From: a virus
Taxonomy: Duplodnaviria; Caudoviricetes
DNA: 64,000 bases
IMG/VR virus record: IMGVR_UViG_3300023048_000002
Span: 1-64,000 of that record
Direction: 5' to 3' (one strand)
Of this stretch, positions 55,569 to 64,000 are shown in pieces. Numbering within the stretch: the stretch's first letter is position 1; each line of letters starts with the position of its first letter. The notes under the pieces are model-generated. The model worked only from the letters and a program-made list of their open reading frames with translations. It made no database searches and had not been told where the DNA came from. Position numbers and translations under genes: made by a program.

Positions 55569-56969
55569 TTACTTAACGAAATAGGCATTAGCACGTTCAC
55601 GAACTTCATCAAAGGTCGTTTCTTTGACGATCATACCATGCTTAAACACGATTTCAAGCTCTTCTTTGCGTTCCAGTGGGTCTTCCAGACGAATAGTAAG
55701 GTAATTACCGTGATCATCCTTGACAAGACCTAGGCGGCCCTGCTTTGAGGTCTTACCATTATCATCAATCGGCTGTTTGTATACATCGACCCATTCATTG
55801 TTTACCAGAGCAGCAGAGCATTTCTGTGCAAACTTAAATGTATCACGATTGACCATCTGCAAAAGACCGCCACCCATTCCAAAGTTAAGATTTTCAGTGC
55901 TGAAACCTTCAGCCTTAAGATTCTCAAGAATCAAAGGAATCGTTTCAAGAGTGATACCATCACCCTGAATCACACGGATGTGATCAGGAAGCACTTTGTA
56001 TCCCTTGCTGTTAACTGTAAACCCTTCAAGTTCGGCAATCATCTTAACCAACTTGATAGGAACAAGAGTCGGATCACCAGAGTCAGGACGGATGACTACA
56101 CGAGCGCCAGCAGCCTTTACGCGGTCGAATAGACCACCCTTGCTCCACATGTTCTCAACAGCATTGTAGATGTTGTAACTATCAGAGACTACTGCAAAGA
56201 TTGCGCCCTTCTTGGCATACTGATCAACCATGTTCGAATAAGCGTCAAACTCATTCTCACGCTTCCAGCTAGTGATGGTTGAATGCTCTGCGGCAGGGAT
56301 CGAATATGCGCAAACATCAGAACCATAATAATTCATGGCACCAACGATGGCTTCAACGGTGTCAGAACCCATGAAGTTAACGATATGGCCCATACCACCA
56401 AGCATGGCGCTTTCTGCACTACTGACACCACGAGCGCCGAAGTCATGAAGCATGAAATTCAGACTATCAAGCTGGTCAGAGGTTTCAAGAAGATACTTGT
56501 GCATGATCTTCTTACAGGTATAAGAAAGAGTAGCAACCGTTGAAGGATACCAGATGGCACGAAGAAGTGCTGTTTCAATATATGAAGGAAGCCAGAAAAG
56601 GTTCGGGTCTGACGTGTGAACGGTGAGAAGGACATTGTGCAGTGGAATCACAGAACCTTCCTTTGCAGACTTGATCGTCAGTGGAAGATATCCATCATGC
56701 TTTTCTACAATGTATTTCCAACCATCATAGTTGAACGGTTCGCCATGCTTTGCTGCGAAGGTGTTAGCAAATTCAACATCAGCCATTGTGATGGGCTTGC
56801 TAAGGTATTCTTTGAGATAAGCCTGAAGGCCAAAATAAAGTAGTTCATCAGTGAACTTGCAGCCACGGGATTCAATATAGCTGAATACATCAGTGGTGCC
56901 TGCGGGATACTGAAGCCAATGAGACATCTTATAGCTATCAGCGCGTAGAATTGTGTGTAGTTTAATCAT
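55569..56969 (-). CDS. nadV: nicotinamide phosphoribosyltransferase (Nampt)
   Basis: DSYK.SH, LHDFGARG, PAAEHS, VSDSY, IRPDSGDP, IQGDG, FGMGGGL. Confidence 0.95.
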   Translation of the reverse strand: MIKLHTILRADSYKMSHWLQYPAGTTDVFSYIESRGCKFTDELLYFGLQAYLKEYLSKPITMADVEFANTFAAKHGEPFNYDGWKYIVEKHDGYLPLTIKSAKEGSVIPLHNVLLTVHTSDPNLFWLPSYIETALLRAIWYPSTVATLSYTCKKIMHKYLLETSDQLDSLNFMLHDFGARGVSSAESAMLGGMGHIVNFMGSDTVEAIVGAMNYYGSDVCAYSIPAAEHSTITSWKRENEFDAYSNMVDQYAKKGAIFAVVSDSYNIYNAVENMWSKGGLFDRVKAAGARVVIRPDSGDPTLVPIKLVKMIAELEGFTVNSKGYKVLPDHIRVIQGDGITLETIPLILENLKAEGFSTENLNFGMGGGLLQMVNRDTFKFAQKCSAALVNNEWVDVYKQPIDDNGKTSKQGRLGLVKDDHGNYLTIRLEDPLERKEELEIVFKHGMIVKETTFDEVRERANAYFVK

Positions 56970-57190
56970 GATCCTTAACTCCTAAGTGATTTCGATTATG
57001 TGTTGTATTGTGCGTGACAAAGAAATATTTGTCAAGTTTATTTATGTTTCATCTGGAACAATGTGGTACTTTGGTCTTTTACGTACAGGCTCTAAATTTT
57101 TTAGAAGCTTTATACTTTCAGAATCATATATAACAGTCTTCTCTATTTCAAAATCACTGTTAGGTAATGGTTTGACAATGAAATCTTCCA

Positions 57191-57382
57191 TTACTGTTCC
57201 TGCGGCCACTTAACAGCATCGGCACGACCACGAAATACTTCCCATGCTGCCTTTAGCTTCTCAAACCTGAAAGCACCACTAGCTGGACGTGCTGGCACGT
57301 AACCATCTTTACCGTTGCTAGATTGCACTCCACCATTGTTGGCATATTCAACAAGGTCTTTTAGATTCCACATTGTACTCAT
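57191..57382 (-). CDS. conserved small phage protein (VPARP...LKAAW.VF.G.ADAV.W)
   Basis: Recurrent phage motif. Confidence 0.6.
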   Translation of the reverse strand: MSTMWNLKDLVEYANNGGVQSSNGKDGYVPARPASGAFRFEKLKAAWEVFRGRADAVKWPQEQ

Positions 57383-57383
57383 A

Positions 57384-57650
57384 TTAATCCTTGGTCTTTA
57401 CGTATGGTTTAGTTTGCATTGAATTAGAAGGATCAATGTAATAAACCTGTCCAACACTATGTGTGAATTCATTATATTGTTTCTGAATGCCTTCAACCGT
57501 AGCATATCGATTATAAAAATCTTGACCATTGCCAAGGTTCATCGGCCAACCACACAAGTATACAATTTGATTGTCAGGCGGGACAGGCACGTTGGCCTTG
57601 TCACCACCCCATAACTCTTTATAGAACTCTAAATCTAATGGGTAATCCAT
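57384..57650 (-). CDS. hypothetical protein
   Basis: ORF with AAGGA RBS. Confidence 0.55.
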   Translation of the reverse strand: MDYPLDLEFYKELWGGDKANVPVPPDNQIVYLCGWPMNLGNGQDFYNRYATVEGIQKQYNEFTHSVGQVYYIDPSNSMQTKPYVKTKD

Positions 57651-57674
57651 ACTGTTCCTTAAATGTGTTAGATA

Positions 57675-58913
57675 TTACTTACGCATGATAACCTTATCTT
57701 CAACCTTGGCAATCCAATAGTTGATCTGACACATGTGATCCTCAAAGATTTGATCGCGCATTCTACGGACTTCTGCCAAATTAAACCACCATGCTTCAGC
57801 AGCATCGTCCATACCCTTGACGCGAGGAAGACCACGCGAATCATCAAGAGCATAGCAATGAGACTGTGAGATAGTACGGCCAACCTTCTTACCACAGCGA
57901 CCACGAAGTGAACGGTCAGGATGATCGAAGGTCTTTTCACCAACATAACTACCGATAAGAACCTTATCTGGAATCTTCAAACCAGTCTCTTCCTCAAGCT
58001 CACGAAGTGATGCTGTGAAGGAATTCTCGTTGCCGTTGATGTGTCCACCCGGAAGTGCCCATAGACCCTTACCCGGATGCTTGGCACGTTTGATCAATAG
58101 GATATGTCCTGACTGAATAATTACATTGTCAGCGCAGTAGAAATTGGTAATGACCTCGTAGTCATGTTCCTCTTTGATCTTATCCTGAAGCTCTTCGAAT
58201 GGCTTCTGATATTCAAGATCGAAATCATACCAGTCCTTTACATACTGGAACTTCTCGGTCTTCATCCACTGTTCAATATAATTTGCCGTACCTTCAGGAA
58301 GAAACTTCTTAAAGTTAAGATCACCATCGTAGATCATCTTACGGATATCGGTTGCATTGACCAGAGTGCCTTCTTTGGTGTAGGCAAGAGTGGTCTCAAG
58401 CGGCCATTTCGGGAACATATTCAAATAGAAAGATGAATCGTCCTTTTCATAGCCAACGACACAAATCTTTGCGGTATGTGCTTCGTCACGACCATTAACG
58501 CGATACTTGGAATAGTCCATGACCACGGCATCGACAGCTTCATACATAAGTGCCTGCCATTCCTTATCCTGATAACGACGATCTTCTACGGCCTGAAAGT
58601 GAATACCTTCAAGCTCTTCTGGCGTTAGGCCAGCTTTGATCATTTCGATACGTTCTGCGGAAGTCCATGGATTCTTCCAGTCGATAGGCTGGTTGTGGGA
58701 ACCCAATGCAACGATGACATGATCGGCAAGGGTCTTCGCATGGAGAAGATTTTCACGATGAGCTTCAGTGAATGGTTCCATACGGCCAATAAGCACTGCG
58801 AAGTTATACTTCTTTGATGCCGGTACCCAAACATCTTTGGTTGGGGTCTTACTGATTTTAACGGCACGATTAAGTTCATCGTAACCAATGGTAATTTTCT
58901 TATTCATATCCAT
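57675..58913 (-). CDS. nadM: bifunctional NMN adenylyltransferase / ADP-ribose pyrophosphatase (NadM-Nudix)
   Basis: IGRMEPF..AH, KNPW...ER, KD.SSFYL..FP.W, NATDIR, WALPGG...RELEEETG, DDA, FEDH. Confidence 0.92.
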   Translation of the reverse strand: MDMNKKITIGYDELNRAVKISKTPTKDVWVPASKKYNFAVLIGRMEPFTEAHRENLLHAKTLADHVIVALGSHNQPIDWKNPWTSAERIEMIKAGLTPEELEGIHFQAVEDRRYQDKEWQALMYEAVDAVVMDYSKYRVNGRDEAHTAKICVVGYEKDDSSFYLNMFPKWPLETTLAYTKEGTLVNATDIRKMIYDGDLNFKKFLPEGTANYIEQWMKTEKFQYVKDWYDFDLEYQKPFEELQDKIKEEHDYEVITNFYCADNVIIQSGHILLIKRAKHPGKGLWALPGGHINGNENSFTASLRELEEETGLKIPDKVLIGSYVGEKTFDHPDRSLRGRCGKKVGRTISQSHCYALDDSRGLPRVKGMDDAAEAWWFNLAEVRRMRDQIFEDHMCQINYWIAKVEDKVIMRK

Positions 58914-58967
58914 AACTCCTATGTGATAGTGATTGAATTGTACTGCTAAACGTATTTATGTCAAGAA

Positions 58968-59231
58968 TTAATAGTGTGCATCAATGGCTAGTTCATGTCG
59001 GCCCTCACTATCTTTGAAGATAAGAGGTGACCAAGCTAGAATATAATTTGATTCACCACGAGGAATAGTCTTCCAATTTTGGTTTTCAAAATAGTGATCT
59101 TCGATTCTTTCGATTATAACTGGAACCTTCTGAATTTCTTCGTCAGAAAGTCCCTTATTCTTCAACCTGTCGATAGTTTCAAGTAGATCACCAACAGTAC
59201 AGTAATGCTTATAGAGAATATAATCACCCAT
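58968..59231 (-). CDS. hypothetical protein
   Basis: ORF. Confidence 0.55.
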   Translation of the reverse strand: MGDYILYKHYCTVGDLLETIDRLKNKGLSDEEIQKVPVIIERIEDHYFENQNWKTIPRGESNYILAWSPLIFKDSEGRHELAIDAHY

Positions 59232-59620
59232 TAATCATTCCTCGCTATGTCTCTTGATTTTTCAAGAATTTCTTTGAATGTCGGCATATATTTAAAATTG
59301 ACACCCTTCTCCCATGGAGCCACAAGCTTCGTATACATATGGTGTTCATAGGCACAGTTGTAATCATTCTGACTAATAATGTCAACTTTACGTACTCCAT
59401 TACCATTCTCTTTTAAGATATAGGAGTGATGAGTTTTTTGGCCGGTATCAGTCCATGATGTATAAGCTGTAATATGACCAATGACATAGAACTTCTTAGT
59501 CATCTGGAATTCAATCTGATTCAAGAGTTCAAGTTCTTTTTCTTGTAGCTGACGATTTTCCCACCATCGTTTAATAAAATTAAACACATTAACTTCCTCT
59601 GATAGCTCTAATAGTTTCAA
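59231..59620 (-). CDS. hypothetical protein
   Basis: ORF; start uncertain. Confidence 0.55.
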   Translation of the reverse strand: MKLLELSEEVNVFNFIKRWWENRQLQEKELELLNQIEFQMTKKFYVIGHITAYTSWTDTGQKTHHSYILKENGNGVRKVDIISQNDYNCAYEHHMYTKLVAPWEKGVNFKYMPTFKEILEKSRDIARND

Positions 59621-60254
59621 TCATTGCTAATTTACTGGCTACGGCAATATTTTGATTTGCCTTATCCATATAATCATGATGGTTAATTCCCATATGACCC
59701 TGTAGCAGGCTGATGGCATCCTTTATTTTCTTTGCATCCCTTTGAGTAGATTCTTTCCTGCGTATGTCTTCCAATAATTGAAACTTTGATTCTAGTTTGG
59801 GATTAGGTTTCGGTGGAAACTTTGGTGTCTGTTCCTTCTTCGAAGTAATCTCCAATTCTTCCTTGGTACTCTTATTAAAGAAGTTTTTCTTTTCAATAGT
59901 TCCCTGTACAGGCTGTTTGAAATCTTCTGGATTATGCTTCTTAACCGGAGGCTTAATGAACTGTTTGGTAGCTCTAGACTTTTGGTCATATTCATGCTCT
60001 GCAATGCGATCATTGATGATATCCAATGCTATCTGCTTATCACCATTCACACAACGACTGCACAAATAATCATAATCTGTTCCACGATAATCATAATCTG
60101 TTCCATGATAATATCGATTTTTTAAAAGAATCTTCCAACCAAGTTCAAAAGAAAATTCATTATTACAGAAATGACAAGTCTTCCACTTAAAGATCGGAAA
60201 GCAGCGGCTAGCCTCATCTGGAAATTTAATCTTTTCTTTCTTTAGACGATACAT
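59589..60254 (-). CDS. hypothetical protein with CxxC...CxxC zinc ribbon
   Basis: CHFC and CSRC; internal GTDYDY duplication. Confidence 0.6.
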   Translation of the reverse strand: MYRLKKEKIKFPDEASRCFPIFKWKTCHFCNNEFSFELGWKILLKNRYYHGTDYDYRGTDYDYLCSRCVNGDKQIALDIINDRIAEHEYDQKSRATKQFIKPPVKKHNPEDFKQPVQGTIEKKNFFNKSTKEELEITSKKEQTPKFPPKPNPKLESKFQLLEDIRRKESTQRDAKKIKDAISLLQGHMGINHHDYMDKANQNIAVASKLAMIETIRAIRGS

Positions 60255-60256
60255 TG

Positions 60257-60765
60257 TTATTCCTTTACTAGCTGCTCACGGACTTTCTCAAGGACTAGAC
60301 CTAGAAGATTGTCACCTTGCCACTGTGATTTATTAATTGCACGAGGATCATTGGCTGACATGCCAATTCCCCACACCTTATCATACGGTGAAGCTTCAAC
60401 GATTTCAAGACCAACGGTTGCAAGTAGAACCTTGGCTGCATCTGGATTCTGTTGGAACTTGGCTAGGCAACCCTCATAGACTGCATCAAAGCGAACCTTA
60501 GCCATGCTGCGTCATTATAATCCTTTACCTGACGACCAATGGCCTTAATTTTCTTTGGGTCTTTTGACTTGAGGATGCTGGCGGCTGCAACGGTGTCGTT
60601 GAACAGCATGGCTTTGCGATACATCATATAGTGTTCTGATGTATGAAAGAGAATGTCATCCACAAAGAAGGATGACTTATGCCAGTTGGAAAGGGGACTA
60701 CCCCAAAAGAACGCGAAGCCGCTATTAACGGAAATTCCGTAGTCGGAAAGATTTAGTGTGTTCAT
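60257..60765 (-). pseudogene. NADAR (YbiA-like) protein split by a 1-nt frameshift
   Basis: LSNW, SEHYMM..KA.LF, GRQV in the first frame; AKF.QN, EASPYDKVWGIG, G.NLLG in the second. Confidence 0.8.
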
Positions 60766-60982
60766 GACAGTTATCCTTATCCAACAATGATAACTGGCAA
60801 TGGACTAGTTAATCAAGGTTATATTCTGTTGACATCGTTATCGTGTCAACCGCCTTGATCGGACGGATCATAATGGATAGGGTACCGTCTTCTGCGGTTT
60901 CGATTGAATATCCTTCAATCATACGCTTTGCTACATATTCATCGAGGCAATTTTTAGCCTCTACAACATTTAAAAACATATA

Positions 60983-61168
60983 TTATTTTTCAACCTTAAC
61001 AAATTTTAACTTGGTAGAAGCAATAATGTTGGTTACTTCGTCCTCACAGCTTCCACAGATATTGGAGACGCCTAGGACTTCAGAAATCTTTTCAACAGTA
61101 TCACTACCTTTTTTAATCTCATCGATGATCATCTCATCAGTGATCGCGCTACACATGCAAACAAACAT
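60983..61168 (-). CDS. bfd: BFD-like (2Fe-2S) ferredoxin
   Basis: VCMCSAIT...CGSC. Confidence 0.8.
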   Translation of the reverse strand: MFVCMCSAITDEMIIDEIKKGSDTVEKISEVLGVSNICGSCEDEVTNIIASTKLKFVKVEK

Positions 61169-61227
61169 AAAAATAAACCTCGTTTATAGATATTTATGCT
61201 ATCCTAAAACGAGGTTGTTAATCAATT

Positions 61228-61923
61228 TTATTTTATTATCGACTTGACATAGTTAGACAATGAATGATACTTAAATGGGTTGGAGAACTTTCCTTTCGAT
61301 TTAAGTTTAAGAGTATTGTTAGGCCTAAACCAGCGATAAAGTGGTATACTAAAGGGAATCCAAGTAACGAAGTCTTGCATTATACGATACGATGTGCTTG
61401 ATTCAGATAGAAACTTATCTTTAAATAATAGGTTAGGTGATGCAAAGCATACACACTTCGAAGACTTCGTATAGCTTATATTATACAGAGATGCTACCGC
61501 CGCACCCAACGAGTGTCCGGTGAAGATGATCTGCTTACCTTTGTCAATAGAGTTGATGTAATCCTTAATGAATTGCTCATATCTCTTATGATAAAGAACA
61601 AAGCCACCATGGGCTTTTAGATCATACATAAAATACTTCGGAACAAAGTTAAGAATGATCTTCCAGTTAGACCACATGGAAGGTTCCGTTCCCCTGAATG
61701 CAATATAGATTGCATCTGATGTTTCCCCAATAAGACACTTCATACCTTGATACTCAAGTATCTTATAAGGTATATCTAGCTTGTCTAAATTTTTTGCAAT
61801 GAATGAATTTGAGAAGTACGCTAACGAAGAAAGTCCTAACGCGTGCGTTAGGACTTTCTGGTCATCTTGCACATCAGCCATTCGCTTCAAAAGCGTTCTT
61901 ATGACTAAAAGTTTTGCTTTCAT
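61228..61923 (-). CDS. class 3 lipase
   Basis: IAFRGT, AHGGF, TGHSLGAA, FASP, D.V..IP, H. Confidence 0.88.
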   Translation of the reverse strand: MKAKLLVIRTLLKRMADVQDDQKVLTHALGLSSLAYFSNSFIAKNLDKLDIPYKILEYQGMKCLIGETSDAIYIAFRGTEPSMWSNWKIILNFVPKYFMYDLKAHGGFVLYHKRYEQFIKDYINSIDKGKQIIFTGHSLGAAVASLYNISYTKSSKCVCFASPNLLFKDKFLSESSTSYRIMQDFVTWIPFSIPLYRWFRPNNTLKLKSKGKFSNPFKYHSLSNYVKSIIK

Positions 61924-62430
61924 TTAAAACTCTGTTTTCTTAGTATCTTGTTTTGAGTGTAAAAATTTAACTAGCTGGCTTGGAAGCATATCTTGAATAG
62001 GGCTCATAAGAGTACCGTAGTAAACCTGTGCCATCTTGAAACCTTCACTATCACCCTTTGCTAGATGTTCTTTAAACTTCTCTAGAGCTTCGATTGCGTT
62101 ACCTTTCACTCCACTGTAAACAGCGCCAGTGTCATCATAACCCTTCTCATCATACTCATCCATTGAAGCCTTAATTTCACCGAGTCTCTTGGCAATCCAT
62201 TTAGTGACATCTGACGGTACTTCTACCTTTTCAGCCTGCTCAGTATCGATTCCCTGCTTGGCAATATTGACTTCCATCGTATCGGTATTAAATTCTTTAG
62301 TCAAAAGGTTATCACCTTCAGCAGGTTCAAGACCATTGGATGGAGTACCATTTGAAAACTTAATAACTGGAACCTCGGCTTCTACAACCGTCTCAACACC
62401 AGCTAATTTCAAAAGTCTCTGTAAGTCCAT
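61924..62430 (-). CDS. putative virion/head protein
   Basis: Start MDLQRLLKLAG, a motif recurrent in jumbo-phage head proteins. Confidence 0.55.
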   Translation of the reverse strand: MDLQRLLKLAGVETVVEAEVPVIKFSNGTPSNGLEPAEGDNLLTKEFNTDTMEVNIAKQGIDTEQAEKVEVPSDVTKWIAKRLGEIKASMDEYDEKGYDDTGAVYSGVKGNAIEALEKFKEHLAKGDSEGFKMAQVYYGTLMSPIQDMLPSQLVKFLHSKQDTKKTEF

Positions 62431-62452
62431 AATAATTCCTAATTTCTTATAT

Positions 62453-62779
62453 TTATTGTTTAATAGACCAGTCCGCCTTAAAACCACGAGCATCAAATAA
62501 GTTCTTGATGGCATAGCCAAATAGCTGTGTATACTGAGCCCAACGTTCTTTTAGATTAGCTTTAGGGATAGGAATTTCAAGATTGTGAAATGCTGCATTA
62601 ACCACATCAATAGGACTACTCCAATTTACTGATAAGTCACGGCAAATCTTATTAATTTCTTTCTTAATATAAGAGATTGTATCATTAGGGAATGGCTCTT
62701 GTGGATCAGTCTCCACAAACTTTAATTCCTTCTTCTTTTCCTTCTCTTTCTCTAGGAGGATATCCTTAATTTTTTTCAT
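62453..62779 (-). CDS. hypothetical protein (possible head protein)
   Basis: N-terminus MKKIKDILLE. Confidence 0.55.
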   Translation of the reverse strand: MKKIKDILLEKEKEKKKELKFVETDPQEPFPNDTISYIKKEINKICRDLSVNWSSPIDVVNAAFHNLEIPIPKANLKERWAQYTQLFGYAIKNLFDARGFKADWSIKQ

Positions 62780-63155
62780 TGCAATCCTTTGTTACATCAA
62801 CAGCTAATGTATAAACTGAAGATGCACCGAATACTAATGCCTGTGGTAATGGAGATACAGGAATTGGTGACTTCGCTGCAAGGTCATTATAGCCATCAAC
62901 GATTTTCTCAAGCTTACAAGCATACTGCATGGTCTGCTTTAAAGAGATAGCATAGGCCTTTGTCAACTCACCCTGATCATCCTTCTGAGCATCAGTCAAT
63001 TGAGTGATAGCCAATACTGGACGGGCATATGAGGGAGAATGAGGGACTACGTAAACTGGTACTTCCTTGGTGACTACACTGACAGGTTTGACACTGGTGT
63101 CAGCACATGCCGTAAGCATTACTAGGCCTAGGGTTAATAGAATATTTCTTACCAT
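62766..63155 (-). CDS. o-spanin (Rz1-like lipoprotein)
   Basis: Lipobox LTAC; Pro-rich; follows the i-spanin. Confidence 0.75.
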   Translation of the reverse strand: MVRNILLTLGLVMLTACADTSVKPVSVVTKEVPVYVVPHSPSYARPVLAITQLTDAQKDDQGELTKAYAISLKQTMQYACKLEKIVDGYNDLAAKSPIPVSPLPQALVFGASSVYTLAVDVTKDCNEKN

Positions 63156-63526
63156 TTGTACAACTCCAAATTATCTTTCAAGTATTTCTTAGAGTCATCA
63201 CAGGTCTTTGGTGCCGGTGCATTCTTCAATGCATTAATTAGAGTCGTGTTCTTCTGATCGTTCTTGGTAAGTGTATCGCCAATAGCATCAAGAGACTTTT
63301 GAAATCCTGCTGAGATGTTCTGTGCGGCATCAATCTGTTTGTTCTGTGTAGCAATTGTATCTGTCAGAGTCTTGTTGTTAGTCTGTGCAGTGGTGAGATT
63401 TGTGGAAGCCACAGCTAGGTCTTTTGCCAAGGAATCATTCTTGAAATGCTGATACACGTTGAATCCACCAGACGCAAGAAGTAAGACAGCAACCAAGATC
63501 AAACCAATTTTATAAATTAAACTCAT
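63149..63526 (-). CDS. i-spanin (Rz-like)
   Basis: N-terminal TM, coiled coil, C-terminal Cys. Confidence 0.75.
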   Translation of the reverse strand: MSLIYKIGLILVAVLLLASGGFNVYQHFKNDSLAKDLAVASTNLTTAQTNNKTLTDTIATQNKQIDAAQNISAGFQKSLDAIGDTLTKNDQKNTTLINALKNAPAPKTCDDSKKYLKDNLELYKW

Positions 63527-63885
63527 ACTGCTTGCCTCGATTTTTTCTTAATGTGTAGCTTATCATTTACTTCTCTCATATCAGAATGCAGGGAAGTTAC
63601 CTTTGTTTCAACTGTAGTAATCTTGTGCTTGGTCTCTGCCATAGCTTCCTTGTTTGCAAACAAGTCAGACTTAACTGTCTGTTCCAAGATAACCATTTCT
63701 TCCAGCTTCCTGTTTAGATAAAGATTTTGGTCTCTTATCTTTTTATGTTCAGCCTTAAGAATCTGTAGATCATTCCTCAACTGTCTATTTGCTTTCTGCA
63801 AATGAATGAGGTCAATTTTTACTGCTTCTCTTAATGAATGAAGCTCTTTAGAAAGAGCTTCATTGGAAATAGATTCCTTTGCCAT
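63523..63885 (-). CDS. coiled-coil hypothetical protein
   Basis: Heptad pattern; late promoter upstream. Confidence 0.6.
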   Translation of the reverse strand: MAKESISNEALSKELHSLREAVKIDLIHLQKANRQLRNDLQILKAEHKKIRDQNLYLNRKLEEMVILEQTVKSDLFANKEAMAETKHKITTVETKVTSLHSDMREVNDKLHIKKKSRQAV

Positions 63886-64000
63886 ATATTTATCCAGTCA
63901 TTTTCTTTAGAGTGAAGTTTGAATAAGTGTCCTGAACATTCGGTATACTTTCAAATACTCTTTAATTATATATAGGGAACTCAATGGCTGCGACTGGTCA

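Noticed and set aside
60066-60106. 21-bp in-frame duplication (GTDYDY twice)
   Set aside because: Ordinary local slippage duplication with no evident wider significance.
1458-60254. Identical N-terminus MYRLKKE in ORFs 1038..1478 and 59589..60254
   Set aside because: Different codons and no further similarity; cannot be distinguished from chance.
57015-60849. TGACA-N-TGTCA palindromes upstream of nadV and the NADAR gene as a shared operator
   Set aside because: Spacing differs (10 vs 9 nt) and the half-site is simply the -35 hexamer; too weak to call.
1-64000. Amber (TAG) recoding, suggested by the possible CUA splice register of the inserted tRNA
   Set aside because: Core genes are full length in code 11, and TAG acts as a normal stop (e.g. 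48349, next to a terminator, and 49014).

Overview
Part of a large, AT-rich, T4-related (jumbo-type) myovirus genome infecting a Gram-negative host. Evidence: rIIA/rIIB, gp61-type primase, NAD-dependent ligase, PhoH, DHFR, GroES-like co-chaperonin, i-/o-spanins, Acb1/gp57B, gp55-type late promoters (TATAAATA), sigma70 early promoters and five tRNA genes. Most genes are on the minus strand. The window is rich in RNA-repair and NAD/ADP-ribose counter-defence functions. The strongest candidate for an undescribed system is at 27.2-29.9 kb. There, a consensus sigma70 promoter drives two tandem structured ncRNAs that share the same motifs and have compensatory stems (Y-RNA-like). They are followed by a terminator and a 700-aa ROT/TROVE-like + TerD-like protein. 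Directly upstream lies a circularly permuted (two-piece) tmRNA whose intervening segment contains a T-arm-like hairpin. Other oddities: a tRNA-Leu with a 43-nt hairpin inserted in the anticodon loop; an Arg tRNA with a long variable arm next to a Leu(UAG) tRNA with a short one; an extended NAD operon (Nampt, PRTase-like, NadE, 2OG oxygenase, NadD-like, plus NadM-Nudix); a frameshifted NADAR gene; and two structured non-coding gaps. All protein calls come from motif recognition by eye, with no database searches.
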